From positions 960,001 through 1,024,000 of the forward strand of contig CAWFXL010000001.1 in NCBI GenBank assembly GCA_963819815.1: a stretch of DNA of 64,000 nt. The letters run 5' to 3'. A program made the position numbers and the translations under genes. This DNA is from an uncultured bacterium. Its GTDB lineage: Bacteria; Babelota; Babeliae; Babelales; Babelaceae. The notes beneath the pieces are model-generated. The model was given only the letters and a program-made list of their open reading frames with translations, was not told the DNA's origin and did not search any database. How positions within the stretch are numbered: position 1 is the stretch's first letter; each line of letters opens with the position of its first letter. Positions 8,553 through 18,545 of the stretch are shown piece by piece.

Positions 8553-10385
8553 ATGGCTAAGATACATCGCCTGGCTCCCGAGGAAGCCCAAAAAATTGCA
8601 GCCGGTGAAGTCGCTGAGCGTCCTGCTAACGTCGTAAAAGAGCTTCTTGAAAATTCCCTTGATGCAGGTGCTACTGATATAACCATATATATTGAAGAAG
8701 GCGGCAAGAAACTCATACGCATTACCGACAATGGCTGCGGTATGAGCAGAGAAGATGCCTATCTCTGTATTGAGCATCATGCAACCAGTAAAATTACCTC
8801 AGTAAACGACCTTGCTTCCATAGCTACCTTTGGGTTTCGTGGAGAAGCACTTTCAAGTATCGCTGCAGTAAGTCAGATGACTCTTATCACTAAAGAGGCA
8901 TCCGCGGATGCAGGGATCTCTTTGTTCATCACATCAGGATCTCCTCCGCAAGAAACAATCGTTGCAACTAATACTGGTACCGATATTTCCGTGAAGGACC
9001 TTTTTTACAATGTTCCTGCTCGACAAAAATTCTTAAAATCATCAGAAACGGAATGGCGCGCCATTGTACAACTGTTCCAAGCAATGTGTCTTGCTCATAA
9101 GCATGTTTCCTTTAAACTTTTTCATAATGATAGAGCTCTTTACACCGTGCCTAAAGCAGAAACTCTTGAAGATCGGATTTGCCAAGTGTTTGAGCCTGCA
9201 TTAAAGAATAAGCTTATCGTGTCTGAATCCCATGAAGAGCGCATGGGACTCTCAATCAAAGCAGCAGTAAGCAAACCGGACTATACTCGCTTTGACCGAA
9301 GTCAGATATTTTATTTTGTGAATAATCGTTGGGTTAAGAACTATAAACTTGGTCAAGCTTTGATTAAAGGATACCAAGGAATGTTGCAGCCACAGCGGTA
9401 CCCTGCAGGTGTGCTCTTTATTACACTCGACGCCCCTTACGTAGATATTAATATTCATCCACGCAAGGAGGAAGTACAGTTCTTGCACCCTCGTATAGTT
9501 ACCGATCTCATCGAACAAACGGTGAACGAGTCGTTGCAGCATGCTCAAGAAAATCTCTTTCGTCCAGCACAATCGTTACCACAGGCAAGCACTCGTGAGT
9601 TTACCGAGCCGCTCCCTAAAACTTTTTGCCCATCGCCTACACGAGAACCTTATCGCGAAGGGCACGCAAAAGTGGCTCACCAAACGCCCCCATCGGTTGA
9701 AAACCAAGATGCCTTTATAAAAGCAGTTACCGCCTATTTTACGCATGAGGAGGGACCACAAGTTCCTAAGGAAACAAACCTTACTATTGTTTCTGATTTA
9801 CAGTATCGTCTCATTGGCCAAATCATGAATACGTATATTCTCATCGAGATAGAAGAGAGCTTAGTCTATGTTGATCAACATGCCGCTCATGAGCGTGTTA
9901 TGTATGAACGTCTACGCTCTCAGTTTGATGAGATAGCACGTGTTCGCTTACTATTCCCTCAAGTGGTACATCTGACAACAAGTGATCTTGATCTGATTGA
10001 ACCTCACCTTGAACTTCTTCAAAGCTTTGGTATTGAAGCACAGCGCATGGCCAAAACAGAACTGGTTATTAATGCGACACCTCTCTTTGTCAAAAACCAG
10101 TCTCTTGATGACTGCATTAAGCAAGCGATCGCCGTACTTCACGAACATCAGTATCTTGATGAAGCTGATTTAAGAAAGATAATTCAAGAGCGCATTCATG
10201 CTCTCCTAAGCTGCAAAGCTGCCGTAAAAGCTGGTGACGAGCTTTCAGACGAATCCATGCATACAATCATCTCAGAGCTCTATAGCTGTGACAATAAATT
10301 AACCTGTCCGCATGGACGCCCTACCGTGTGGGAACTCAAGACAAGCGACCTTGAAAAGAAATTTAAGCGGGACTATCGCTCATAA
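8553..10385 (+). CDS. mutL: DNA mismatch repair endonuclease MutL
   Basis: IAAGEV.ERPA.VVKEL.ENSLDAGA, GFRGEAL, DQHAAHE and CPHGRP motifs. Confidence 0.98.
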   Translation: MAKIHRLAPEEAQKIAAGEVAERPANVVKELLENSLDAGATDITIYIEEGGKKLIRITDNGCGMSREDAYLCIEHHATSKITSVNDLASIATFGFRGEALSSIAAVSQMTLITKEASADAGISLFITSGSPPQETIVATNTGTDISVKDLFYNVPARQKFLKSSETEWRAIVQLFQAMCLAHKHVSFKLFHNDRALYTVPKAETLEDRICQVFEPALKNKLIVSESHEERMGLSIKAAVSKPDYTRFDRSQIFYFVNNRWVKNYKLGQALIKGYQGMLQPQRYPAGVLFITLDAPYVDINIHPRKEEVQFLHPRIVTDLIEQTVNESLQHAQENLFRPAQSLPQASTREFTEPLPKTFCPSPTREPYREGHAKVAHQTPPSVENQDAFIKAVTAYFTHEEGPQVPKETNLTIVSDLQYRLIGQIMNTYILIEIEESLVYVDQHAAHERVMYERLRSQFDEIARVRLLFPQVVHLTTSDLDLIEPHLELLQSFGIEAQRMAKTELVINATPLFVKNQSLDDCIKQAIAVLHEHQYLDEADLRKIIQERIHALLSCKAAVKAGDELSDESMHTIISELYSCDNKLTCPHGRPTVWELKTSDLEKKFKRDYRS

Positions 10386-11259
10386 CTTCTTTCGCTACCC
10401 GCTCTTTTTCAAGAGCCTTATAGGCATCCCAGAGCTTCTTATGTAATCCCGTATGCCCACCATCACAGCCGGTAACAAGCTGCGTAGTGCCCTTATTAAC
10501 CGCCTTGAGCTTGCCGTAAAAAAGTGCATCATCACGATTAGAGAGCACATCATCCGGCTCCTCAAAATAGACCAAGCATGAAAGGGTAAGACCTTTAAGG
10601 CGCTCAATGCAATCTATTGCCTGAAACCCATTGGTAACGTAGCGTGAAGCAAGAACTTTAAGCATTTCTTCATGAGGACGGGAAGCAAGCAGTTCAGTAA
10701 TTGATTTTAAGGGAGCATCCAATATAACTATTCCACGCGAAACTGCAGCAAGGATAGCACGTGCATCTTCTTGAGCAATTCCTATACGTTGTAACGTATC
10801 TTTATATGAAGGCGTATTGAGAATAGACAATGCAGCAATCACTGCTCCACCACCCGCTGAAAACCCATAGAGATGTATCGTGGACACACCCTTACCGACA
10901 AGCTCTTTTAGGAGATACAGTAATGGCAAATACTCATCGATGGTGCCAAATGAGGTTGTATGAATATCATCTTCACTGCTCACATCATGATCAGGGAAAT
11001 TAAACGTGATAATCGGCAGCGTAACCTGTTTCGCTACAAATTGTCCGATATCCTTGTTTGCTCCATATCCGTGACACGTAACCATGACTTCAGATACGCG
11101 GTATATAAGTTCTATAGAAGGATTATAGGTAAAAAGCAGTTCAGCTTTCTCATTAAGTTGGGTTGCATACAGCGAAGAAGGATTCCCTACATTGTACGAA
11201 CAACTACATACAAAGATCCATAATAGTACTTGCTTGAATAACATATTTTCGCCTCGCAT
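10363..11259 (-). CDS. Secreted alpha/beta hydrolase
   Basis: HGYG oxyanion region, nucleophile elbow GFSAGG, Asp (DDVL) and His (GGH) candidates; N-terminal leader. Confidence 0.7.
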   Translation of the reverse strand: MRGENMLFKQVLLWIFVCSCSYNVGNPSSLYATQLNEKAELLFTYNPSIELIYRVSEVMVTCHGYGANKDIGQFVAKQVTLPIITFNFPDHDVSSEDDIHTTSFGTIDEYLPLLYLLKELVGKGVSTIHLYGFSAGGGAVIAALSILNTPSYKDTLQRIGIAQEDARAILAAVSRGIVILDAPLKSITELLASRPHEEMLKVLASRYVTNGFQAIDCIERLKGLTLSCLVYFEEPDDVLSNRDDALFYGKLKAVNKGTTQLVTGCDGGHTGLHKKLWDAYKALEKERVAKEVMSDSPA

Positions 11260-11384
11260 ATCATTTCACCTATCACGAATTCTGTCTTCTATCGTACGCA
11301 AAAAGCTGTACGTCTGCTATCATAATGGGAAGCTCATGTCGCTTGTTATTGATTGGCTCTACCAAAAGAGTCCATCATCCATCT

Positions 11385-12167
11385 CTATCTTTTGTGTAAC
11401 GTATAACGATGATCTCGATCTTTCAATAGTAGGTATGCTGCAGAATCTCTAGAAGAGCAGACATAGGCACGATACCCTTCCAGGCCTGGCCTACGGTTTG
11501 CTATCATTTCTTCTTTCGTCTTCTCGTCTACGTGACGTGCCCTAATCCAATCCCATCCCAATATATCGTCATCATCAGCATCGACAAAAATCCCGAATTG
11601 AGAGTAGCGCCTGAAGTCGTATGGTTCATCATCAGAGAGCGTAAATTCACCCTCAAACAAAATCAGATCAATTCCCTGTACTGAAAAATCTACTTCTATC
11701 TTAAGAGGAGGCCTAGGCCCTGGATTCCAGACTGGCTTCCGAACAGATTTTTCACCATCTAAAATTTTTTGTAGCGTAGCATGGACTCTCGTAAACTCGA
11801 AACGCCGATGAAAATGTTCGAGATCAAACTGCTCTGGATTATGGAAATCATCCCCTCTTAATATCGCAACTTTGATGCCCTCACGCTCAAGCAATTCAGC
11901 TAATTCTTCTGCAAAGAAACTTTTCCCCACAGCAGAACAACCTGCTATTGCAATCATATTAGGCACCCCGCCTTTACCCTTTTCTTTGACGAGTAATTTT
12001 GCATGTTCTATAACTGGCTTTAATTCATCTGCATTCTGCTGCTTTATATCGTCCACTTCTGTCTTTGCGATCATTTCATCCGCTTCAATGCGTAATAATA
12101 CCAATGAGCTGGAGAAAATTTCAGACGAAGAAAAAGCAAGCATACAGAAAAGAACTCTTTTATACAT
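11385..12167 (-). CDS. Uridine kinase/PanK/PRK-like P-loop kinase with signal-peptide-like leader (copy 1)
   Basis: IAIAGCSAVGKS Walker A, DDF, ILFEG motifs. Confidence 0.8.
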   Translation of the reverse strand: MYKRVLFCMLAFSSSEIFSSSLVLLRIEADEMIAKTEVDDIKQQNADELKPVIEHAKLLVKEKGKGGVPNMIAIAGCSAVGKSFFAEELAELLEREGIKVAILRGDDFHNPEQFDLEHFHRRFEFTRVHATLQKILDGEKSVRKPVWNPGPRPPLKIEVDFSVQGIDLILFEGEFTLSDDEPYDFRRYSQFGIFVDADDDDILGWDWIRARHVDEKTKEEMIANRRPGLEGYRAYVCSSRDSAAYLLLKDRDHRYTLHKR

Positions 12168-12447
12168 TGCGATACTCCTACAACACTAGAACTATAGGTA
12201 ATTTTAGCTAGTATGCACAGATTTGCTCAGTCTGCCAACTACGCAAATTTAGGATAAGTCCGAGAATAGGGGATACTTTTCTTTCCTTAAACATCGCGCC
12301 CGTGCTATTTTTTGTACATGTTAAAGTAGTAACAGCACAAAATAGTCATTTGTAGGCAAAGTTACACCTTTGGATGCTTTTTATCAATTTTTGTTGTATA
12401 CTATAGCGTGATTTCAGAAATTGTTAATTAAGCAATAAGGAGTAATT

Positions 12448-12669
12448 ATGGCATCAACAGTAAAGCTTTCAAAAGAGTTCATTGAGGAGGCTCGTATATT
12501 ATCAAGAGCGTTTAATAGATCGCTTTCTGGCCAAATCGAGCACTGGGCAAAGATAGGAAAACTAGCCGAAGAGAATCCCGATTTAACCTATGATTTTATC
12601 AAAGATATTTTAATTAGTATGAGTGAGGATGAGGCAGGAATGAGAGAGCCCTTTGAATTCGGGAGTTGA
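12448..12669 (+). CDS. ParD-like antitoxin
   Basis: VKLS.....AR......RS..GQIEHWAKIG..AEENPDL is the ParD_like family pattern; AAGGAG RBS. Confidence 0.85.
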   Translation: MASTVKLSKEFIEEARILSRAFNRSLSGQIEHWAKIGKLAEENPDLTYDFIKDILISMSEDEAGMREPFEFGS

Positions 12670-12947
12670 TCATGCCAATATATGCTACACCGAACTTCAG
12701 AAGACAAGCCAAGAAATTGCGTGAAAATCAATTAATTGATTTGAAGAATGCCATAGATGTTGTCGCTAAAACTCCTGAAAAAGGCATCCAAAAAAAAGGG
12801 ATATTAGTAGATATTTATGTTTATAAGTTTCGCATGAATAAGCAATTAACCTTGCTTGCCTATAAAGTGGAAAGTGAGGTAATTATTCTTTACTCGATAG
12901 GATCTCACGAAAATTTTTACCGTAACCTTGAACAACACCTTCATTAA
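12666..12947 (+). CDS. RelE/ParE-superfamily toxin
   Basis: TP.F.RQ.KKL, G..KKG.L....VYKF, C-terminal IGSHENFYR.L; overlaps the antitoxin stop. Confidence 0.85.
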   Translation: MIMPIYATPNFRRQAKKLRENQLIDLKNAIDVVAKTPEKGIQKKGILVDIYVYKFRMNKQLTLLAYKVESEVIILYSIGSHENFYRNLEQHLH

Positions 12948-13017
12948 GGCAAAATGTAATTATCTCGGAAGCGCTGAGCAACTTACCAAGCGAGTTTTGT
13001 AATCGATCCCTCAAATA

Positions 13018-13800
13018 TTACCTTTTATGCAAGGTATAACGATGATCCCGGTCTTTCAGCAATAGGTATGCTGCAGAATCTCTAGAAGAGCGAACATATG
13101 CACGATACCTTTCCTGGTATGGCTTACGATTAACCATCATCTCTTCTTTCGTCTTCTCCACCCTGCGGCGTGGCCTAATCCAATCCCATCCCAAAATATC
13201 ATCACCATCAGCATCTATAAAAATCCCGAATTCAGAATAGCGCCTAAAATCATAGGGTACGTCGTCACACAGCGTAAACTCACCTTCAAACAAAATAAGA
13301 TTAATTCCCTGTACAGAAAAGTCCTCTTCTATTATAAAAGGAGGCTTTCGCTCTGGGTTCCAAGCAGGCTTGCGTACAGTTTTTTCACCATCTAGAATTC
13401 TTTGCACTGTAGAATGGGCTTTCGCATAGTCAAATCGGGGATGGAAACGTTCGCGATCACACTGGTCTGGATTAATAAAATCATCAGCTCTTAATATAAC
13501 CACCTTTATGCCCTCAGACCTGAGCAATTCAGCTAATTCGTTTGAAAAGAAGCTTTTTCCCACAGCAGAACAACCTGCTATTGCTAGTATCTTAGGAACT
13601 CCATCCGTACCTTTTTCTTTAATGAGTAATTTCGCCTGCTCTATAACTGGCTTTAAGGCTTCAGCATTCTGCCGCTTTATATCGTCCACTTCTGTCTTTG
13701 CGATCATTTCATCCGCTTCAACGCGTAGTAACACCAATGCGCTGGAGAAAATTTCAGATGAAGAGAAAGAGAGCAAACAAAGAAGAACTCTTTTATACAT
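13018..13800 (-). CDS. Uridine kinase/PanK/PRK-like P-loop kinase with leader (copy 2)
   Basis: Same length (260 aa) and motifs as 11385..12167. Confidence 0.8.
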   Translation of the reverse strand: MYKRVLLCLLSFSSSEIFSSALVLLRVEADEMIAKTEVDDIKRQNAEALKPVIEQAKLLIKEKGTDGVPKILAIAGCSAVGKSFFSNELAELLRSEGIKVVILRADDFINPDQCDRERFHPRFDYAKAHSTVQRILDGEKTVRKPAWNPERKPPFIIEEDFSVQGINLILFEGEFTLCDDVPYDFRRYSEFGIFIDADGDDILGWDWIRPRRRVEKTKEEMMVNRKPYQERYRAYVRSSRDSAAYLLLKDRDHRYTLHKR

Positions 13801-13979
13801 AAGATACTCCTATAACACTGGAACTATAAGTATTTTTAGTATGCACAGAATTGCTCAGTCTGCCAACTACGCAATTCGGGATTATGTTCGAGAATAGGGG
13901 AATACTTCGATTTCTTTAAACTTCTTGCTCAAGCTATTGCTTGCACATGTTAAGTAATGAATGTGCTCTAGGCAGTTGC

Positions 13980-14453
13980 CTACCAAACGAGCCCTATAAT
14001 CGAACTCTTTGCTATAGGCCCAAAAACGCGACTATCATCATGCTGAGCAGAAAGATTATCTGACAGTACAAAGACATGCCCTTGTGGAATCTCCAACGGT
14101 GTATCGATTGCATAGGAGCCTTGCTTCCAGCCGGTCCAATTTCTCTTGATTTTGGTATCTTCAAGTGCAGCACCGTTCACTACGACACTACCTTCATGAA
14201 TCTGCAGAGTATTTGTCGCTAGGGCTACAATGCGGGATATCCACACTTTCCCCTCATGCGTAAATAAGACAATATCGCCAATCTGATAATGTCTCAGATA
14301 TGGAGCTAGTCGATTCAAAAAGGTGTACTGTCCATCCTTAACTGCGGGCTCCATACAATCGCCCGAAACGCGCCAAGGCCAGGCGCATACCCACGCCACA
14401 ATGATCATGGCAATAAGGGTTACCAATATATGCTTAAATGTGAATTTAATCAT
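13980..14453 (-). CDS. Signal peptidase I (S26) homolog with substituted catalytic residues
   Basis: True start is ATG 14453 (the longer ORF runs through the tRNAs). TM, then VSGDCMEP, GDIVLF, WISRIV, SDN....DDSRVFGP boxes. Confidence 0.85.
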   Translation of the reverse strand: MIKFTFKHILVTLIAMIIVAWVCAWPWRVSGDCMEPAVKDGQYTFLNRLAPYLRHYQIGDIVLFTHEGKVWISRIVALATNTLQIHEGSVVVNGAALEDTKIKRNWTGWKQGSYAIDTPLEIPQGHVFVLSDNLSAQHDDSRVFGPIAKSSIIGLVW

Positions 14454-14503
14454 AGTCTCAACTCTTCCTGGCACAAGCAAAAAGTGCGTGCATATGGACA
14501 AAC

Positions 14504-14581
14504 TGGCGTCCCTAAGGGGATTTGAACCCCTGTCTCCGCCGTGAAAGGGCGACGTCCTAGACCAGGCTAGACGATAGGGAC
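14504..14581 (-). tRNA. tRNA-Glu (TTC)
   Basis: GTCCCTA/TAGGGAC acceptor stem, CT-TTC-AC anticodon loop, GGTTCAAATCC T arm, encoded CCA. Confidence 0.97.
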
Positions 14582-14591
14582 AGCGATGCTT

Positions 14592-14667
14592 TGGTGAGCC
14601 GTGATGGACTCGAACCATCGACCCACAGATTAAAAGTCTGTTGCTCTACCAACTGAGCTAACGGCTC
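14592..14667 (-). tRNA. tRNA-Lys (TTT)
   Basis: GAGCCGT acceptor strand, AGCTCAGTTGGTAGAGC D arm, ACAGA-CTTTTAA-TCTGT anticodon arm, GGTTCGAGTCC T arm, encoded CCA. Confidence 0.97.
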
Positions 14668-14822
14668 GCTTTCTACAGATATACCTTTAAAAGTACTTAT
14701 TTAAGGGTATTTTGTCAAGGCAGTGAGGAGGAATTTCAAGCCCTCACTAGCATATCAAATAGTCGATTTCATGCAACTTTTCTCTTATTCGTATCAAAGA
14801 AGCTCTCCAGGCGCCTATTGGC

Positions 14823-16187
14823 TTACTTGGGGCTTAAGAATAACTGCCCTACCTGGCAGTAGATAAATAACCCGAGGATATCCATAATCGTTGCAAGAAA
14901 TGGTCCTGCAGAGTAGGCAGGGTCGAGATTTAAGCGGCGAAGTACGATGGGAATCAAACTTCCCAGAAGGTTAGATACCAATACTACTATTCCTAGGGCA
15001 ACACTAATAGCTAACGCAGCCATAAAACTTCCTGGCGTGAAAATATAGATTCGAACAAATGAGACAACCCCAAGAATAAGTGCTATGATGGCCGCCATCA
15101 GCATTTCTCGCCGCAGAAAACGATGTATATTTAAGCTGGTAAATTCACCTGATGATATTCCCTGGATAGCAAAAGCTGAGGACTGGCTACTGCTATTCCC
15201 TCCGGTACTCTGAATCATAGTCATGAATAAGAAAAGAAACCCTGTCAGCAGTGTTTCGTAGTACTTAATAATCACCGAAGAGAAGATCTGTGTGAGCAGG
15301 AGCAGAATAAGTATAGAGCTTCGTTGAAAGAGCAAGGTTCTAAAGGGAGTCTCAAAATACGTATGCTTAATAGGCCCCACCGCAGAAATTCGGTACACGT
15401 CCTCTGCAGCCTCTTGCTCAAGAACATTGACCAACGCCTCACTGGGAATGATTCCCAGAAAGACATTATTGTCTCCCACGACAGGCACGATCATTTCACT
15501 ATAACGAACCATCTGGTTAGCAATCTTTTCTTGATCTTCATTGACCCCAATAACCAGAGCATTCTGTCGGAGTATTGAAGAAAGTCTTGTTTGCGGCGGC
15601 TTTAAAACAAGGTCTTGAAGTATAATGTGCCCCACCAGCTCATTTTCTTGGTTGGTCACATAAATATGTAGATGCAGCTCTATGCTCGGTTGCAGGCGCT
15701 GCAAGATCTGAATACTTTTTTCGATCGTAAAGTCTTGCATAAGCGTAATAACATCGGTATGCATGATACCGCCAGCAGTATCAGGATCAAATCGTCGTAA
15801 CGATACAACCTTTTCACGATCCCGCTTGTGAAGCAGTTTAAGGTAGACTTTGAGATCTTTATCAGAGAGTTCATCGAACAAATCGGTCAACTCATCAAGA
15901 GGCAAACTGCTCAGCAGATCACTCCTATCCTGGTCCTCAAGAAAAGAGAGGCAGTTAAGCATCATAGGAGATGAAAAATAAGAGAATACCGCCGCTCGTT
16001 GCTGATGCGTAAGCATGGTAAAGAGCCTTTGAGCATCATCTTTTCCACAATCGGATAAAAATTGGGCAATATCGGCAGGATGGAGCTTTATAAATTCTTG
16101 CCATAAGATAACCCCCAATGGAGAGTCCTGCTTCTCCACTGTTTCCATATTATCAGCTATCTGGTCGAGTATCTTCTGTTTATCCAT
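14823..16187 (-). CDS. mgtE: Magnesium transporter MgtE
   Basis: HPADIA N-domain, TAGGIM + CBS pair, TM region with GGN, LDPA..AGPF.ATI.D. Confidence 0.93.
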   Translation of the reverse strand: MDKQKILDQIADNMETVEKQDSPLGVILWQEFIKLHPADIAQFLSDCGKDDAQRLFTMLTHQQRAAVFSYFSSPMMLNCLSFLEDQDRSDLLSSLPLDELTDLFDELSDKDLKVYLKLLHKRDREKVVSLRRFDPDTAGGIMHTDVITLMQDFTIEKSIQILQRLQPSIELHLHIYVTNQENELVGHIILQDLVLKPPQTRLSSILRQNALVIGVNEDQEKIANQMVRYSEMIVPVVGDNNVFLGIIPSEALVNVLEQEAAEDVYRISAVGPIKHTYFETPFRTLLFQRSSILILLLLTQIFSSVIIKYYETLLTGFLFLFMTMIQSTGGNSSSQSSAFAIQGISSGEFTSLNIHRFLRREMLMAAIIALILGVVSFVRIYIFTPGSFMAALAISVALGIVVLVSNLLGSLIPIVLRRLNLDPAYSAGPFLATIMDILGLFIYCQVGQLFLSPK

Positions 16188-16485
16188 TATTCTCAGGGCT
16201 ACACAGTCCTACGCTTCACTCATAGCGTAATCCATCTTAGTCTTCCTGTCTACGAGCTGTGCAGGTCCGGTACCTATCATACCCTAAAGAGCATGTTGTG
16301 AGATGTCACTATACTGTTCCTTAGGAATCAAGTATTTTAATGTTTGGGGAGGCCTTACTATATAAAAAGCTTAATGAGCTCTCAATATAACTATGCATGC
16401 GATCTTCAATGATACATCGTCGCGAAATAATTACTCATTCTATCCTTTCATCGCATCTGATACAAACTGAGGCGTCATCGCACCA

Positions 16486-17355
16486 TTAGGATGATACCGT
16501 ACGTAGCTCGTGGGGAAAATCGGTTTGATAGAGTCGATGGACAGTATCCTCAGCAGATCTGACAGCTTGCTCATGCCATGAACCTCCGCCACCTCCATTG
16601 TCATCCAGTAACATTGAGGGGTCCTCAAATTCACATCCGGGCACATCCATATTGAAAAAAACATCGATAACGCTCTCAGCATCGCTCAACTGAGTTGCTT
16701 GCTGATAGGCGGTGGAGTTCGAGTTGTCCAGAATCTCAGGGTTGATGTTATGCATGATGAGAAGCTCACAAAGTTCAGCATCTCGGCAGAATACTGCTAC
16801 ATGAAGCGCGCTTCTGCCATGATTATCAACAAAGTTAATGTCAAAATAGTTATGAGCGCCCTCGAGCTGCAATAGCCGTTTTATTTTTGGCAGGTCTCCA
16901 TTCCAACAGGCTGCATGAAAATCTGCCATGTTCTGTTCGAAGTTACCAATGATCCTTGCCTCAAAAAAAAGATCAAGCATAGAAGAATTGTCTTCGAAAG
17001 CTTGAAGAGCGGCTAGGCTCAAAGCAGTTTCTTGGTCATTGTTTACAAGGATATTGAGTTGTAGATAATTTTCCAATAGGAACTTACATAAGGTACCATT
17101 ACCGCTCAGGACGGCCAAGTGAAGACCTGTGTTTCCTCGTTCATCGCGACAGAGGAAATTTATTGCATCGGCGACTAGTATAAAATTCTCTCTCACCTGT
17201 TCGAAATTACCCATGCAACAGACTTCAAGAAACCGTTCGTCAGTGTCTATCACGGTATGTACAGCGGCCATCGCCGCCGTTACTCTTGGTGCAAATACCA
17301 AAATGATTGCTAGATTAAAAAATAATGCTGTTCGATTGGCGACAATACAAGCCAT
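16486..17355 (-). CDS. Secreted ankyrin-repeat protein
   Basis: Leader; GNTGLHLAVLSGN, ETALSLAA, GRSALHVAV ANK repeats; acidic Gly-rich tail. Confidence 0.85.
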   Translation of the reverse strand: MACIVANRTALFFNLAIILVFAPRVTAAMAAVHTVIDTDERFLEVCCMGNFEQVRENFILVADAINFLCRDERGNTGLHLAVLSGNGTLCKFLLENYLQLNILVNNDQETALSLAALQAFEDNSSMLDLFFEARIIGNFEQNMADFHAACWNGDLPKIKRLLQLEGAHNYFDINFVDNHGRSALHVAVFCRDAELCELLIMHNINPEILDNSNSTAYQQATQLSDAESVIDVFFNMDVPGCEFEDPSMLLDDNGGGGGSWHEQAVRSAEDTVHRLYQTDFPHELRTVSS

Positions 17356-17630
17356 AGCAACTCCTTAAATAACTCTAACAATATACACAATTATTTCGAT
17401 TCATAAATTTTTATGTGATTGACCTACTCGACCAGGAATAAATTCAGGGGATTCTGGGATCAGACAGCGATAGCCAACAATCTTGGTCTTACATCAACCC
17501 AAGAGAGGCCTTTCGTATTTTAAAGCGCTACCCAAACAGCCTCATACATTTGACTTGCTTCGCGATACAACCTATACTAGAAGCACAATTAATAGTATCA
17601 AATAGAAATTACCATCTGGAGATAGGTGTT

Positions 17631-18545
17631 ATGGAAACCTTCACGTATAGGGTAGAGAGCGATGTGGTGGGAAGCCGCTTGGATCGCTTATTAACCCAAA
17701 AGCTCCAGGATCGATCTCGCACCTATATCCAAGAACTTATTGAGGCTGACTGCGTTACCGTGAATGGTACCTATGCCAACAAACCAAGCTTAGCAGTGAA
17801 GCTGGGCGATACGATTCACGTGAGTATCCCCGCAGTTGTACCTCGTGGTGCCTTAGCCTTACCTTCGCAAGATATGGGCGTTCGTATCCTCTTTGAGCAT
17901 GAAGAGTTTCTCATCGTCTATAAGCCAGCAGGGCTCGTAGTGCATGCTCCTCATGCACAGAGCACTGAAGTCTCCTTAGTTGATTGGCTCGTTCACTCTT
18001 TCAAGGATCTCAAAACAGTAGGGCCCGAAGATCGGCCAGGAATCGTACACAGGCTTGATAAAGATACCTCAGGAATACTTATAATACCGCGCACTAATCA
18101 GGCTCATGCTGCATTTACTGCTCTTTTTCAAGAGCGATCTATTGAAAAAACCTATCTTGCTGTAGTCAAAGGACACCCTAAGAAAGAAGGGCTGATCGAT
18201 CTTGCTCTTGGACGTCATCCTGTGCATCGCCATAAAATAGCAGTTTTGCCTCATGGCAGAGAATCATCTACGAACTATGAAGTCGTATCATACTTACAAG
18301 AAAGCGCCTTACTCAAGGTCCGGCCTCACACGGGGCGAACTCATCAGATTCGAGTCCATTGCGCCGCACTTGGACATCCCGTGCTTGGCGACGCTACCTA
18401 CGGGACAACGCATACGTTGATAGCACGACATGCTTTACATGCCTATCAGCTTGCGTTTACGTATAAAGATCATTGGTACAGTTTTTCGTATGATATGCCT
18501 CAAGATATGAAAGCACTAATCATAGAGCTCCAGACTCAGCTCTGA
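17631..18545 (+). CDS. rluD: RluA-family pseudouridine synthase with S4 domain (RluD-like)
   Basis: S4 domain (RLDR.L...SR..IQ), KPAGLVVH, HRLDKDTSG, GRTHQIRVH, LHA; start set at ATG 17631. Confidence 0.9.
   Translation: METFTYRVESDVVGSRLDRLLTQKLQDRSRTYIQELIEADCVTVNGTYANKPSLAVKLGDTIHVSIPAVVPRGALALPSQDMGVRILFEHEEFLIVYKPAGLVVHAPHAQSTEVSLVDWLVHSFKDLKTVGPEDRPGIVHRLDKDTSGILIIPRTNQAHAAFTALFQERSIEKTYLAVVKGHPKKEGLIDLALGRHPVHRHKIAVLPHGRESSTNYEVVSYLQESALLKVRPHTGRTHQIRVHCAALGHPVLGDATYGTTHTLIARHALHAYQLAFTYKDHWYSFSYDMPQDMKALIIELQTQL

Larger units (their letters stand above)
11385..13956. repeat. Tandem duplication (~950 bp unit: kinase + upstream region) enclosing a TA module
   Basis: 11385-~12330 aligns with 13018-~13956, including non-coding DNA (e.g. 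TTGCTCAGTCTGCCAACTACGCAA in both). Confidence 0.9.

Noticed and set aside
10363..14504. tRNA-anchored integrative element
   Set aside because: Accessory-looking genes lie next to the tRNA 3' end, but I found no integrase and no duplicated tRNA 3' fragment.
14454..14618. N-terminal 55 aa of the 212-aa ORF in the track
   Set aside because: It is largely a read-through of the tRNA-Lys and tRNA-Glu genes; the real start is ATG 14453.
16190..16480. M-box (ykoK) riboswitch upstream of mgtE
   Set aside because: I could not find the conserved M-box sequence blocks; there is only a short 6-bp hairpin.
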